This document shows positions 1 through 9,234 of a stretch of 64,000 bases of DNA, in pieces. The DNA comes from Nitrospirota bacterium (GTDB lineage Bacteria > Nitrospirota > UBA9217): the NCBI GenBank assembly GCA_963796285.1, contig CAWCKW010000013.1:384001-448000 (forward strand), given 5' to 3'. Numbering within the stretch: the stretch's first letter is position 1; each line of letters opens with the position of its first letter. The translations under genes and the position numbers were made by a program. Below the pieces are notes generated by a model. The model was given only the letters and a program-made list of their open reading frames with translations, was not told the DNA's origin and searched no databases.

Positions 1-618
1 GGGATTCCTGGTCTGGAACGCCGCGATCGTGCTCCAGCCCTTTTCCTCGAACATCTTGCGGGTCTGTTTCGGGGTCATATAGATACCCTTGAAGGTCTCC
101 GGGAAATGGGCCTCGGAGAGGACCTTTACCGGGCCGGCAAGGTTCACATCAGGCTGTCCCATGACCTTCTGGACGCCCGGGTGACCGGCAACATCGTTGG
201 TGCGGAAGATCTGCTTGCACTCATGCTCCTTGTCGGTCTTGGACATGGCGTACTTCTCGGCCACCTTCATGGTAGCCATGATCGTGCCCGATTCCTCGTC
301 AACAAGGGTGATCTCTTCGTTCTTCTTGAGCGAATTGGCGAAGTCCGCGCTTGCGGAAAGTGTCACCGGGACCGGCCAAAACGTGCCGTCCGCCATCTTG
401 TACTTGTCGCAGACACCCTTCCAGTCCTTTTTGGTCATGAAGCCCGTAAGCGGGGTGAATGCTCCGATGCCCATCATCACGAGGTCTGCGGTCTCGCGCG
501 AAGAGATCTTCAGCTGCTTCAGGGTCTTGGCCTTCTTTAGTTCTTTCTGAAGGGCCGCCCCTTCCAGAAGAAGCGGCATGAGCTTCTTCTTTTTACCGTG
601 CGGCTTTACCAGTGCCAT
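1..618 (-). CDS. sat: Sulfate adenylyltransferase, N-terminal part; runs off the window edge and is absent from the ORF track
   Basis: Manual translation gives MALVKPHGKKKKLMPLLLEG...MGIGAFTPLTGFM...FWPVPVTL...GWSTIAAFQTRNP (QTRNP active-site motif). GGAGGA RBS upstream. Confidence 0.93.
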   Translation of the reverse strand, partial: MALVKPHGKKKKLMPLLLEGAALQKELKKAKTLKQLKISSRETADLVMMGIGAFTPLTGFMTKKDWKGVCDKYKMADGTFWPVPVTLSASADFANSLKKNEEITLVDEESGTIMATMKVAEKYAMSKTDKEHECKQIFRTNDVAGHPGVQKVMGQPDVNLAGPVKVLSEAHFPETFKGIYMTPKQTRKMFEEKGWSTIAAFQTRNP

Positions 619-693
619 AATACTTTCCTCCTTGCAAGAATTTTAAAAAATATATTCCACTGTGGCTTATGGCCACAACTCGTACGCTTCCGA

Positions 694-1347
694 TTAGCCG
701 AGGACGGCCGTCACCTTGTTGAAGATGTCATTGATGCTTCCCACGCCCATGACGGTCTTCATGATATTTTTCTTGGAATAGTAATCGATGAGCGGCGCGG
801 TCTGCTGGGAGTACACCTCAAGCCGCTTTTTGATGGTCGCTTCCTTGTCGTCATCGCGCTGGAAAAGAGCGCCGCCGCACTTGTCGCAAATGCCTTCTTT
901 TTTCGGGGCCGAGAAATAGATATTGTACATCTGCCCGCAGCTTTTGCAGGTCCTGCGGCCGGTGAGGCGCTTCAGCAGGTCGTTCATATCAACATCAATA
1001 TTGAGAGCAACGGTAAGGGGCATACCCATGCCGGCGAGGATCTTGTCGAGGGCCTCGGCCTGGGCCGTGTTGCGCGGGAACCCGTCGAGGATGAAGCCGG
1101 TCTTGCAGTCCGGTTGCTTGATGCGCTCTTCAACGAGACCGAGCACGATCTTGTCGGACACGAGCCCGCCCGAGTCCATGATCACCTTGGCCTCTTTGCC
1201 CAGCGGCGTACCGTCTGCCACGGCCTTGCGGAGGATATCACCCGTGGAGATCTGCGGGATCTTGTACTTTTCGATCAGCATCTTCGCCTGCGTACCTTTA
1301 CCAGCACCGGGAGCACCGAGCAGCACAACTCTCTTAGCCATTGACAT
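694..1347 (-). CDS. adk: Adenylate kinase with zinc-lid
   Basis: GAPGAGKGT P-loop, STGDILR, LDGFPR, CxxC...CxxC lid. Confidence 0.97.
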   Translation of the reverse strand: MSMAKRVVLLGAPGAGKGTQAKMLIEKYKIPQISTGDILRKAVADGTPLGKEAKVIMDSGGLVSDKIVLGLVEERIKQPDCKTGFILDGFPRNTAQAEALDKILAGMGMPLTVALNIDVDMNDLLKRLTGRRTCKSCGQMYNIYFSAPKKEGICDKCGGALFQRDDDKEATIKKRLEVYSQQTAPLIDYYSKKNIMKTVMGVGSINDIFNKVTAVLG

Positions 1348-1498
1348 GAATCCTCCGTGAATAGATAAAGATTAAAGATTTTGCTTCCTGAGAAAAGAAA
1401 GAAGGCAAAAAAAACCTCGCGACATTTTAACCGGCATATAATGGTTGAAAACGAGTTCTTTTTCAAGTTAATAATTATAATTTCAATATTAGTTTTGT

Positions 1499-2098
1499 TT
1501 ATAAAAGGGGTTGCGTATGCAGAAAATTGGCTAGTTTTTCAAGAGCTTTACCCCTGTGACTGAGCTTGTCCTTCTCTTCTCCGGACATTTCAGCAAACGT
1601 CTTTTCGTAGCTGTCGGTTATGAATACCGGATCATAGCCGAACCCCGTTTTTCCCTTAGGTTCCATGCCGATACGACCTTTTGCGTAACCTAAAAAAGTT
1701 TTAACCATACCATCCGGAAATGCCAACGCCATGCAGCAGACGAATTGCGCTCCTCTTTTTTCGTCGGGTACTTTTTTGAGTTCGGCCAGAAGCTTTTCGT
1801 AATTTCTAACGTCGTTCCCGCCGGTCCCGCCTGCATACCGGGCAGAGAACACCCCGGGTGCCCCACCGAGGGCATCGACTTCAAGGCCTGAGTCATCAGC
1901 CAAGGCAGGTTTGCCCGTGCAGCCACAGACCTCGACAGCTTTTTTTACCGCATTGCCCTCGAAGGTGTCCTTGTCCTCAACCGTTTCAGGGCAGTTCGGG
2001 AAATTCTCGAGCGAGAGAATAGTTATCGGCAGATCAATGGTGATCCGCCTGATCTCTTCGATTTTCTTTTTATTTCGAGTGGCGAGTACTATTTCCAT
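1499..2098 (-). CDS. rdgB: Non-canonical purine NTP pyrophosphatase (RdgB/Ham1)
   Basis: ATRNKKK, ADDSGL, GFGYDP, SHRGKAL motifs. Start may be 2098 or 2110. Confidence 0.93.
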   Translation of the reverse strand: MEIVLATRNKKKIEEIRRITIDLPITILSLENFPNCPETVEDKDTFEGNAVKKAVEVCGCTGKPALADDSGLEVDALGGAPGVFSARYAGGTGGNDVRNYEKLLAELKKVPDEKRGAQFVCCMALAFPDGMVKTFLGYAKGRIGMEPKGKTGFGYDPVFITDSYEKTFAEMSGEEKDKLSHRGKALEKLANFLHTQPLL

Positions 2099-2110
2099 AT
2101 GTTGCTTCAT

Positions 2111-2144
2111 CCTCTCCCCTCGCGGAGAGGGATGGGCGAGGGGG
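2111..2144. repeat. REP-like palindromic repeat (CCCTC family)
   Basis: cctctcccctcgcggagagggatgggcgagggg; related copies at 14883 and 36280. Confidence 0.6.
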
Positions 2145-2222
2145 ACTTCTCCTGGCTCCCGCATTCGGGAAGTCGTTACACTATCATAAACAGCAAGGCT
2201 TTGCAAGAAGGCGGATTACGGA

Positions 2223-2586
2223 TGTCAAGCCAAAATAGAAATGTCCTGTTTTTTAAGAAGCAGCGATAGGCTGTTCCCGTCTTCTTCTCTTGATAGAAAG
2301 ATCTTCTTCCAAGGATGATCGGCTGGAGGAATCCATTGCTTTTCCTCGTGCAGCAGGAGCGGTGCTAACGATGTGTCCCTGGCCGACTTCTTTGTGATTT
2401 CCTGGAAGCGCAGGTCCTGTCCGTCGCAGGTTATGTGCAAGGTCCCGTCGAGCCGTTCTTCGACAATGACTTTCTTCGCCCGTGTCGCCTGTTCGATCTG
2501 ATAGAGAGTATTGTTATGGGCGATGGTAAAGTCGTTCTTGACCGTGCGCTCCTCTTTGATGCAGAGAATGCGATCGAGCTCTCTGC
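2223..2586 (-). mobile_element. Remnant of IS1202/ISNCY-like element: right end plus transposase C-terminus
   Basis: End TGTCAAGCCAAAATAGAAATGTCC matches the IS end at 62089. Translation RELDRILCIKEERTVKNDFTI...VEERLDGTLHIT...DHPWKK matches the C-terminus of that transposase. Confidence 0.88.
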
Positions 2587-2699
2587 TGAAAAAGCCATCG
2601 TTGTTACTGAGGACGCTTTATTCTTTTCATAATCCGTAATTTGGAGGTAAAGTAACGCAGGAAACTACATCCCTCATCTACCCACTCCTTGACTCGATC

Positions 2700-3323
2700 T
2701 CACTTGATATCGCTCATCACGCCGGCCGATGCGGTCGGTTCGATGCTGCAGCTCAAATTCATGATATAAAGAGGAATCGCCAAGGCTACAAGCAGAACGC
2801 CCTGTCCCATGATGAGAGCGTTGACGCCTGCAAGGGTGATGAGATAAAAGGAGGTGATCAGGGTACCGATGATGCTTCCGAATGTGGAAAGGGCATAGAG
2901 CGTTCCAATCGTCTTGCCCGAAGTATGCATGCTGCATATCATGAGCTTTGCCGTATAGGGGCTCACGATGCCGAGAAAAACAGACGGGACAAAGAAAAGG
3001 ATAATCGAGGCAAGCAAAGGACTCACCCTTACTCCGAGATCCATCGCAAAGATCCAGTCGGATACTGGCGTACTGTACAAGGGAAAGGTTACGAAGAGTA
3101 TTCCGGCAGTTATTATCATGACGGAAAGCTTCCTCGATGAAGGGTTAATATCAGATATTCGTCCGCCCAGATAATACCCAGCCGATAGCCCCGAAAGAAA
3201 TACGCTTATCAGGCTTCCCCAGACAAATACAGAACTGCCGAAGTTCGGTGCAAGGACCCGGCTGCCCAGAATTTCAAATGACATGACTATCGCACCGCAA
3301 ATGAACACAGCGAATTTTATCAT
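2700..3323 (-). CDS. Membrane domain of the fused MFS/spermidine synthase family
   Basis: EILGSRVLAPNFGSSVFVW and GTLYALSTFGSIIGT motifs; about 6 TM segments. Confidence 0.8.
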   Translation of the reverse strand: MIKFAVFICGAIVMSFEILGSRVLAPNFGSSVFVWGSLISVFLSGLSAGYYLGGRISDINPSSRKLSVMIITAGILFVTFPLYSTPVSDWIFAMDLGVRVSPLLASIILFFVPSVFLGIVSPYTAKLMICSMHTSGKTIGTLYALSTFGSIIGTLITSFYLITLAGVNALIMGQGVLLVALAIPLYIMNLSCSIEPTASAGVMSDIK

Positions 3324-3335
3324 ACAGTTACCTCC

Positions 3336-4256
3336 TCATGGTGCCCCTGACTTCTGATACTGGTAGAGATTCACCGGAGCAAAATCATCAGTGAGGATCT
3401 TGGCACCTCCCCATTCATATTCTTTAGACGGCTCATACCGTGAAGCAAAATCTTCGAGGTCGATATCGAATTTTCTGGCAGACTGAATTTTGCGGGCGCT
3501 TGCCTTTACGCTGGCCTTGTCTTTGATTTTACTGCCTGTTGTTGCAACGAAAATAAAGTTGTTCGACTTCTTCCCCTTGAAAATGGCGAGATGGGGGAAG
3601 GCCTTCTTGTAGGTCATGACCATAGAATCGAAAAACTTGTTCCTGTATGGTGAGGTGATATTAGCGGCTACTACACCGTTTTCTTTCAGCCTGCTTTTCA
3701 CCTCGTTGAGAAACTCAAGCGTTGTGAGATGAAAGGGAATGGAGTCATTCTGATAGGCATCGAGTACGATCCAATCGTATCTCTTCTTTGTCCTTTTGAC
3801 GAAGAGCCTTCCGTCTTCGACATGCACTTTCATCCTCTCGTTCTCTTTGAAATAAAAATACTTTTGGGCGACGTCCACCATGTCGGGGTCGATCTCGGCG
3901 ATATCGATAACGGCATCCGGATAGCGCACGGTGAAATACTTGGGCATGGCTCCGGCACCAAGACCGACAAAGAGAACGTCATTCGGGTCTCTGTCCAGGA
4001 AGGCCAGAGAGACAAAAAGCAGCTGTGTAAACTCAAATCGGAGTTTGTCCGGCGCATCTAAGTAAATGCCTCCCTGAGTAAATACTCTTTTCTGGTTGCG
4101 GACATACCGCTCCTTTTTTACCGTATCCTCTATTACCTGGATATACTGATAGAGAGAATTCTTTTCAAAGATCAGTTTCTCTGACGGTTCCAGCGCGAAA
4201 CCCTTCACAGGGATCAGCATCAGGCAAAAAGCCGCTAAATATATTTTCTGCAGCAT
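3336..4256 (-). CDS. Spermidine-synthase-like SAM-dependent domain with N-terminal signal peptide
   Basis: VGLGAG, EIDP, EDGR, LDAY, PFHLTT, LTDDFAP motifs. Confidence 0.8.
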   Translation of the reverse strand: MLQKIYLAAFCLMLIPVKGFALEPSEKLIFEKNSLYQYIQVIEDTVKKERYVRNQKRVFTQGGIYLDAPDKLRFEFTQLLFVSLAFLDRDPNDVLFVGLGAGAMPKYFTVRYPDAVIDIAEIDPDMVDVAQKYFYFKENERMKVHVEDGRLFVKRTKKRYDWIVLDAYQNDSIPFHLTTLEFLNEVKSRLKENGVVAANITSPYRNKFFDSMVMTYKKAFPHLAIFKGKKSNNFIFVATTGSKIKDKASVKASARKIQSARKFDIDLEDFASRYEPSKEYEWGGAKILTDDFAPVNLYQYQKSGAP

Positions 4257-4322
4257 AGTCCTCCCGGATCAGAAAAGATTCACATTCAAAAACGGAAAGT
4301 AGCCGGTTCTTCGGTAGAGGCG

Positions 4323-4781
4323 CTAACAGGATGGCGGTGAAAGTCCGGAATATCGAGAGTAGAAGCCGGCATGAGTAGATCGAGAATGGTCCCGAATTTT
4401 TGCAATGACCGACTGCTGCGATGATTGCATGATAACTGCTTCGGGGATTGCAATATGTTTCAGCTGTGTCTTATTCTCACTGCCAGTTAGCCTTGAGGTG
4501 GAATTCGAATCTTCCGCCAGAAAATGCAGATGGTGATCATCAGGGGAACTACGGCTATCCGCATAATGTTCATCATGCCTGATAGCGGGGATGCAAAAAT
4601 AATCATGCTCTGAAGAATACGCGGATCCGTCAAAGCAGACCACCTTGGGTTCGCTTTCAGCGTGACTATGCGAATATGGGAAAATAGCGATGATAATAAA
4701 ATAGAGGATGAAAAATAGTCGGCATTGCTTCATGTCTTCTATGTTTATTCTATGTTTATTGTTTATTCTAACAGGACGCAT
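4323..4781 (-). CDS. Hypothetical exported, His-rich protein
   Basis: Hydrophobic N-terminal segment; same strand as neighbours; start uncertain. Confidence 0.4.
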   Translation of the reverse strand: MRPVRINNKHRINIEDMKQCRLFFILYFIIIAIFPYSHSHAESEPKVVCFDGSAYSSEHDYFCIPAIRHDEHYADSRSSPDDHHLHFLAEDSNSTSRLTGSENKTQLKHIAIPEAVIMQSSQQSVIAKIRDHSRSTHAGFYSRYSGLSPPSC

Positions 4782-4987
4782 AATTTACTGTACCAGTTTC
4801 TGCGAAAATCATCCATCAAATAAATCTTGGACTCGTCGCGGTCTTCCGGTATCATGAAATTAATGGACGTGCTGATGGAAACCAAGACGACCCAGGGCAA
4901 GAAAGGATTATCCTTGGAAGATATCGGGAATAGCGTTGGGAATTGTGCTTCCGGCGCTGTTTTTTTGCTACACGCTCGGCAGCCTTG

Positions 4988-6856
4988 CTACAGAACTCCT
5001 ATAGCCTGTTTCGCTGCCCTTCTGCCTTCCTCGACTGCTGCTACCCAGTGTTGGTGCCCGTTGAGCTCGGCATGGGCAAAGGCGATGCGCCCAAAGGGTT
5101 TGCGGATAACATCTCGGGGTGCGATCGCTCCTTTTTTGCCAAAGTAGAAGCCTGGCTGCGGGTTTACGTACGCATAGGTCCACCGATTCAGAATAATGCC
5201 GGCGACGTCTTTTTCCGCATCAAATCCTGCCTCTGAGAAGAGCTGTTTCATCTGCCCAACTATCTGAGACTCGAATTCAGCATAGCTCGTCCCCAAGAGC
5301 TTATTCCTGCCTTTTTCCCCTTGTTCCTCAATAGGCAGGCCCGGTTGATGAAAGGAGATGTAAAAGGTGAGCACCGTGGGTTTGTCAGGATGAAGCGGAG
5401 GCCGATAATTACCAACATACATGGGTTTACGGATATTACAGCCGAAGCCGATACCGCTGGACCACTTGCAGGCAGTAAAGCCCAATCGGTAAAGAAAACG
5501 CCAGTTGGTAAGTGCGACGTTTGCTACCAGTATGGGAGAGACATGGAACTCGCTATAGGCTTCGGCATGGCTGACAGGCAGGTCTGATACAACTTTCCGG
5601 GACAGGCGGCTGCCGCATGCCATTACTACACTGCGGGCTTTGAGGCGGTACAGCTTTCCATCACGCAGATAAATGACAGTTACGTTCTTCCCCTTCAGAG
5701 AGCCGTCTTCTTGCTCGACACGGACGACAGAAGAGCCAAGCCGTAAGCGCACCTTGTTCCCCTCGCGATCCAGAGCGGGGAAGCGCACGCCTCCGTTGTG
5801 TATATCTGCAAAGCTCTTGCCTCCTTCAATGGCATCTGGGATCAAGGCTTTAATGAAATAGCGGGAGAATCCGTCGTTGCCGCCCGGAAATGAATGCCAA
5901 TGAGTATTTATCAGTGTACGATGGCCCTCGAACTCAGGGAAGCCAGGCAGTGCAACCTGACTGGCTGCATAGGCGCTGATGACATCACAGCCAAGCCCTA
6001 CTACACTGGCAAGCACGGGATCGGCATAGCGCGTTATTTCCGGATCAAGCTTCAGGATCTTTTCCAGATAATCCTTGAAGGTCATGGAATCGAGCCAGCG
6101 GCCGTAGTCATGACCGTCATACTGGCGCTCTGTTATATTCCGCCAGCGAAGGAAATCTTTTCGAACCTTCTCTGAATACGGTGTTCCAGCGAGCCTGTTC
6201 TCCCAGAAACCTGCCACCCACTTGTTGGAAGTGTCCTGTCCCTGACCGGCATAATAATGACCAATGCTCTTTGAATCGAACCAGATCCGGTAACCGAAGT
6301 TTGTGGAATCAAAGTCCAGGGGCTTCAATTGGGATGGCAACTCACCATATTCGAACTCAGTTGGTATACCCAGCTCACTGTAAATATCATATCCTCGGAG
6401 GCCGGGGCGGTCTAAAATGCCAAAGGAATTTGAGGCCTGAGGCCCGATGAGACGCTGCCCTTGTACGGTAAACTCGTTTCTCTTCGCCGCTCCACCGAAG
6501 ATCGGATGATTTTCGAGGATAAGGCATTTCGTCTTCTTTGAAGTGGACTTATTAAACTCATACGCCGCCCCCAGGCCGCTCAGCCCCCCGCCGACGATGA
6601 CGAGATCGTATGATTCGCCGGTATCGATGATCTCCCGGCTTATAAATTTATAGTCACCGTTTTGTATAGCCTGGAATGCACTGATTACGTCATAAGTGTT
6701 CCCATTCGAGGAAGCATAATCGCCTATGCCACCGAAGCCGTAAGTCGGTTGAGATTGCGCAAACAGTTTCAGCGGAGCCGGCAACTCAAGCAGGAATGCC
6801 CCCGCACCAAGAAGCACGCCGTTTAGGAAGTCTCTTCGCGTAATATGCATAGTCAT
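4988..6856 (-). CDS. Tat-exported FAD oxidoreductase, spermidine dehydrogenase (SpdH)-like
   Basis: ITRRDFLNG twin-Arg, VGGGLSGL, ENHPIFGGAAKRNEF, FPGGNDGF, NRWxYAY. Confidence 0.8.
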   Translation of the reverse strand: MTMHITRRDFLNGVLLGAGAFLLELPAPLKLFAQSQPTYGFGGIGDYASSNGNTYDVISAFQAIQNGDYKFISREIIDTGESYDLVIVGGGLSGLGAAYEFNKSTSKKTKCLILENHPIFGGAAKRNEFTVQGQRLIGPQASNSFGILDRPGLRGYDIYSELGIPTEFEYGELPSQLKPLDFDSTNFGYRIWFDSKSIGHYYAGQGQDTSNKWVAGFWENRLAGTPYSEKVRKDFLRWRNITERQYDGHDYGRWLDSMTFKDYLEKILKLDPEITRYADPVLASVVGLGCDVISAYAASQVALPGFPEFEGHRTLINTHWHSFPGGNDGFSRYFIKALIPDAIEGGKSFADIHNGGVRFPALDREGNKVRLRLGSSVVRVEQEDGSLKGKNVTVIYLRDGKLYRLKARSVVMACGSRLSRKVVSDLPVSHAEAYSEFHVSPILVANVALTNWRFLYRLGFTACKWSSGIGFGCNIRKPMYVGNYRPPLHPDKPTVLTFYISFHQPGLPIEEQGEKGRNKLLGTSYAEFESQIVGQMKQLFSEAGFDAEKDVAGIILNRWTYAYVNPQPGFYFGKKGAIAPRDVIRKPFGRIAFAHAELNGHQHWVAAVEEGRRAAKQAIGVL

Positions 6857-7265
6857 GATATCTCTTATTTTTATTATACAGGATGTTGACCCATGAAAAG
6901 GAGAAAATAGAATTTTTCTATTAATAAGTTGTTCAGTAAGTCTAACCAAAAACGCAAAATGCGTGCATAGTGAGGCCGCTACTGTTCAGCGGACGGCATT
7001 GAAATATATTATCACGAATATATGCCTGACGCAGGGAGATGTCAACGATTTCGAATGGGTATGCGGATTACGGAACAGAATCGAGAACCGCTAAGAATGG
7101 AATTACCAAACGCAATGGGCGCAAGGGGCGTATGAGGCCAGAAGAAAGTAAGGATTGATCTACGTCCTTGATCGGCCGCAGTTTGTTTGATCCAATCATG
7201 CCGCTTCAAATCAACCCAAGACCATCGTCGTTCAGTGACTTTGAAGCCGGTTTGCATGGCTGTTT

Positions 7266-8474
7266 TCACTTCACCTCACTCTTCTTAAAGCTCCGATACA
7301 ACAGCAGGTCATAGGCGATCTTGAGCCCGCCTGCCACGAGGAAGGGGGCGCTGAGGAGTGACGGATAGGCGAGAAAGACCCCGCTCAGAGCCGGCGAGAT
7401 CGCAGCTCCTACCGAGCGTGCAATGGCCGTGATGCCTGAAGCAGCAGAACGCTCATCGGGCGCCACAACGGCCATGGTGTATGACTGACGCGTGGGCACG
7501 TCCATCTGGGAGATGCTGAACCGGAGCAGCAGAACCGTAATGGCGAGAGGAAGGTTCGGCATGAGCGGCACGAAGCAGAGCAGGATATTCGAGGGAATAT
7601 GAGTGAAGACCATCGTGTTGATCAGCCCGATGCGGGAAGCTATTTTCACTGCGAGCAAAGCTGATACACCAGCGAGGATGTTCGCGCCAAAGAAGATGCT
7701 TCCCAATATCCCGGCGTCTATGCCGAACCGGATATGGAACCAGTAGGCCACCATGCTCTGGATCACGAACCCGCCTGCAAAGGCATCCAGGGCGAAGAGG
7801 GCACTCAGCTTCATCACCACGCCCTTCGATTTATGGAGTCCAAGCACATGATCCCTGGCTGGAACCGTTGCTCCTGTTTCCACGCCGGAAGAGAGGAACA
7901 GGAAGAAGAGGAAAAGAACGATCCCGCATGCTGCATACCCAAGGATCACGGCCTTATATGACGCAAGTTCTGAGAACCCGGCGTGACTCAGGCCCTGGGA
8001 CAGGAACCCGCCTGTAAGAGCTCCGCATGCGGTCGCGAGCGAGCCCGCGAGGTTGTACCACGCAAAGGCCTTGGTGCGCTGTTCAGAGGGAAGAAGCTGC
8101 GAAAGGGCTGCCTGCTCCAGCGAGAGGAACGGCCCGATCTCGTTCCCGCTCGGGCTTATGACCCCGATGATTGCCGCGGTCATGAGCAGCACGGGATCTC
8201 CGGTCAAACTGAAGACCACGCCGGCAAGGATCATGAGCCCCGCGCCAAGAAGCAGCATCTTTTTTCTGCCGATCCGGTCGGCCGTGGTAGTGATCCAGAG
8301 CGAGATCCCCGCGTCGCCCGCGAGAGTGAGCGTAAAGAGCAGCCCGATCTGCGCCCCGGTCAGGCCTGCTTCGTGAAGATACAGGGCAAGAACCACCGAG
8401 AGCGCGCCATAGGCAAAAAGGCGCACGCTTCTGGCGCTGAACAGGAGTGCAACGTCAAGCCGCGTATGCGCCAT
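7266..8474 (-). CDS. MFS transporter
   Basis: About 12 TM segments, ADRIGRK motif A, SQMDVPTRQSY. Confidence 0.9.
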   Translation of the reverse strand: MAHTRLDVALLFSARSVRLFAYGALSVVLALYLHEAGLTGAQIGLLFTLTLAGDAGISLWITTTADRIGRKKMLLLGAGLMILAGVVFSLTGDPVLLMTAAIIGVISPSGNEIGPFLSLEQAALSQLLPSEQRTKAFAWYNLAGSLATACGALTGGFLSQGLSHAGFSELASYKAVILGYAACGIVLFLFFLFLSSGVETGATVPARDHVLGLHKSKGVVMKLSALFALDAFAGGFVIQSMVAYWFHIRFGIDAGILGSIFFGANILAGVSALLAVKIASRIGLINTMVFTHIPSNILLCFVPLMPNLPLAITVLLLRFSISQMDVPTRQSYTMAVVAPDERSAASGITAIARSVGAAISPALSGVFLAYPSLLSAPFLVAGGLKIAYDLLLYRSFKKSEVK

Positions 8475-8919
8475 GAGGCTTTCCTTGTGCGATCATCTCT
8501 GAGCAGTAGGCATAGAGCGCATCGTACACGATCCATTCCGCGGCATTGATCGCGTGGTCGTCTTTGAGTCCCAGATGCCGGAACCCTTCTGCGATCGCGT
8601 TCAGGCCCGGCCCCTCAGGCTGATGATGAAGGCTGTTGTCCGTGTCCGCGCCGTTCACGATCCTGGCGAGCAGCACAAGCGCGGGATCTTTTGCAAGGCC
8701 GTATTTTTTCACGATCGCGTCAAATGAACATTCCTTGCCGTGATGTCCGAGTTCCGCGCCCGGCACGTCATACGGAATGGCACCAAGCCGTGCCGCCTCG
8801 GATTGAACCTTCTCTGCAGGAACAAAGAAAAATTCCGCGTCCTTGTCAACGAACTTCTTTATAAGCCAGGGACAGGCTACACGATCTACTTTTACTTTTT
8901 CACGGGTTATCCATTTCAT
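8455..8919 (-). CDS. Chromate resistance ChrB domain protein
   Basis: MKWITR...DRVACPWLI..F.D..AEF.FV, CSFD, YDALY. Confidence 0.85.
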   Translation of the reverse strand: MKWITREKVKVDRVACPWLIKKFVDKDAEFFFVPAEKVQSEAARLGAIPYDVPGAELGHHGKECSFDAIVKKYGLAKDPALVLLARIVNGADTDNSLHHQPEGPGLNAIAEGFRHLGLKDDHAINAAEWIVYDALYAYCSEMIAQGKPHGAYAA

Positions 8920-9234
8920 GATTAATTCCTTATTTGACGGCAGTCGACAGCTACGTTAACCCGCCTCCACTGCTCATGATGGTACAGTAGAAAAATTTTG
9001 GCAGTGCATAACCACAGAGACACGGCGGCACGTTAACAGCAAGGGGGAAATATAAAGATCGAAAGACCAGCTGTGCTTCAATTCATCCGAAAAAACCAGC
9101 GATTATTTAAAGCTCGCCTCTTCATAAACCTTTTTAAAACCATTATTGGTGCCCTGTGCCTCCAAATCGTATAAAGCTATTTCTACTGAACCACAAAAGA
9201 ACGCAAATGAGCAAACCTTCACTGGCGCCCCTGT

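Noticed and set aside
106-1360. Plus-strand ORFs over sat/adk, and similar long antisense ORFs elsewhere (33142-34476, 34582-36219, 45932-46999)
   Set aside because: They are shadows of high-GC3 genes on the opposite strand and have no motifs of their own.
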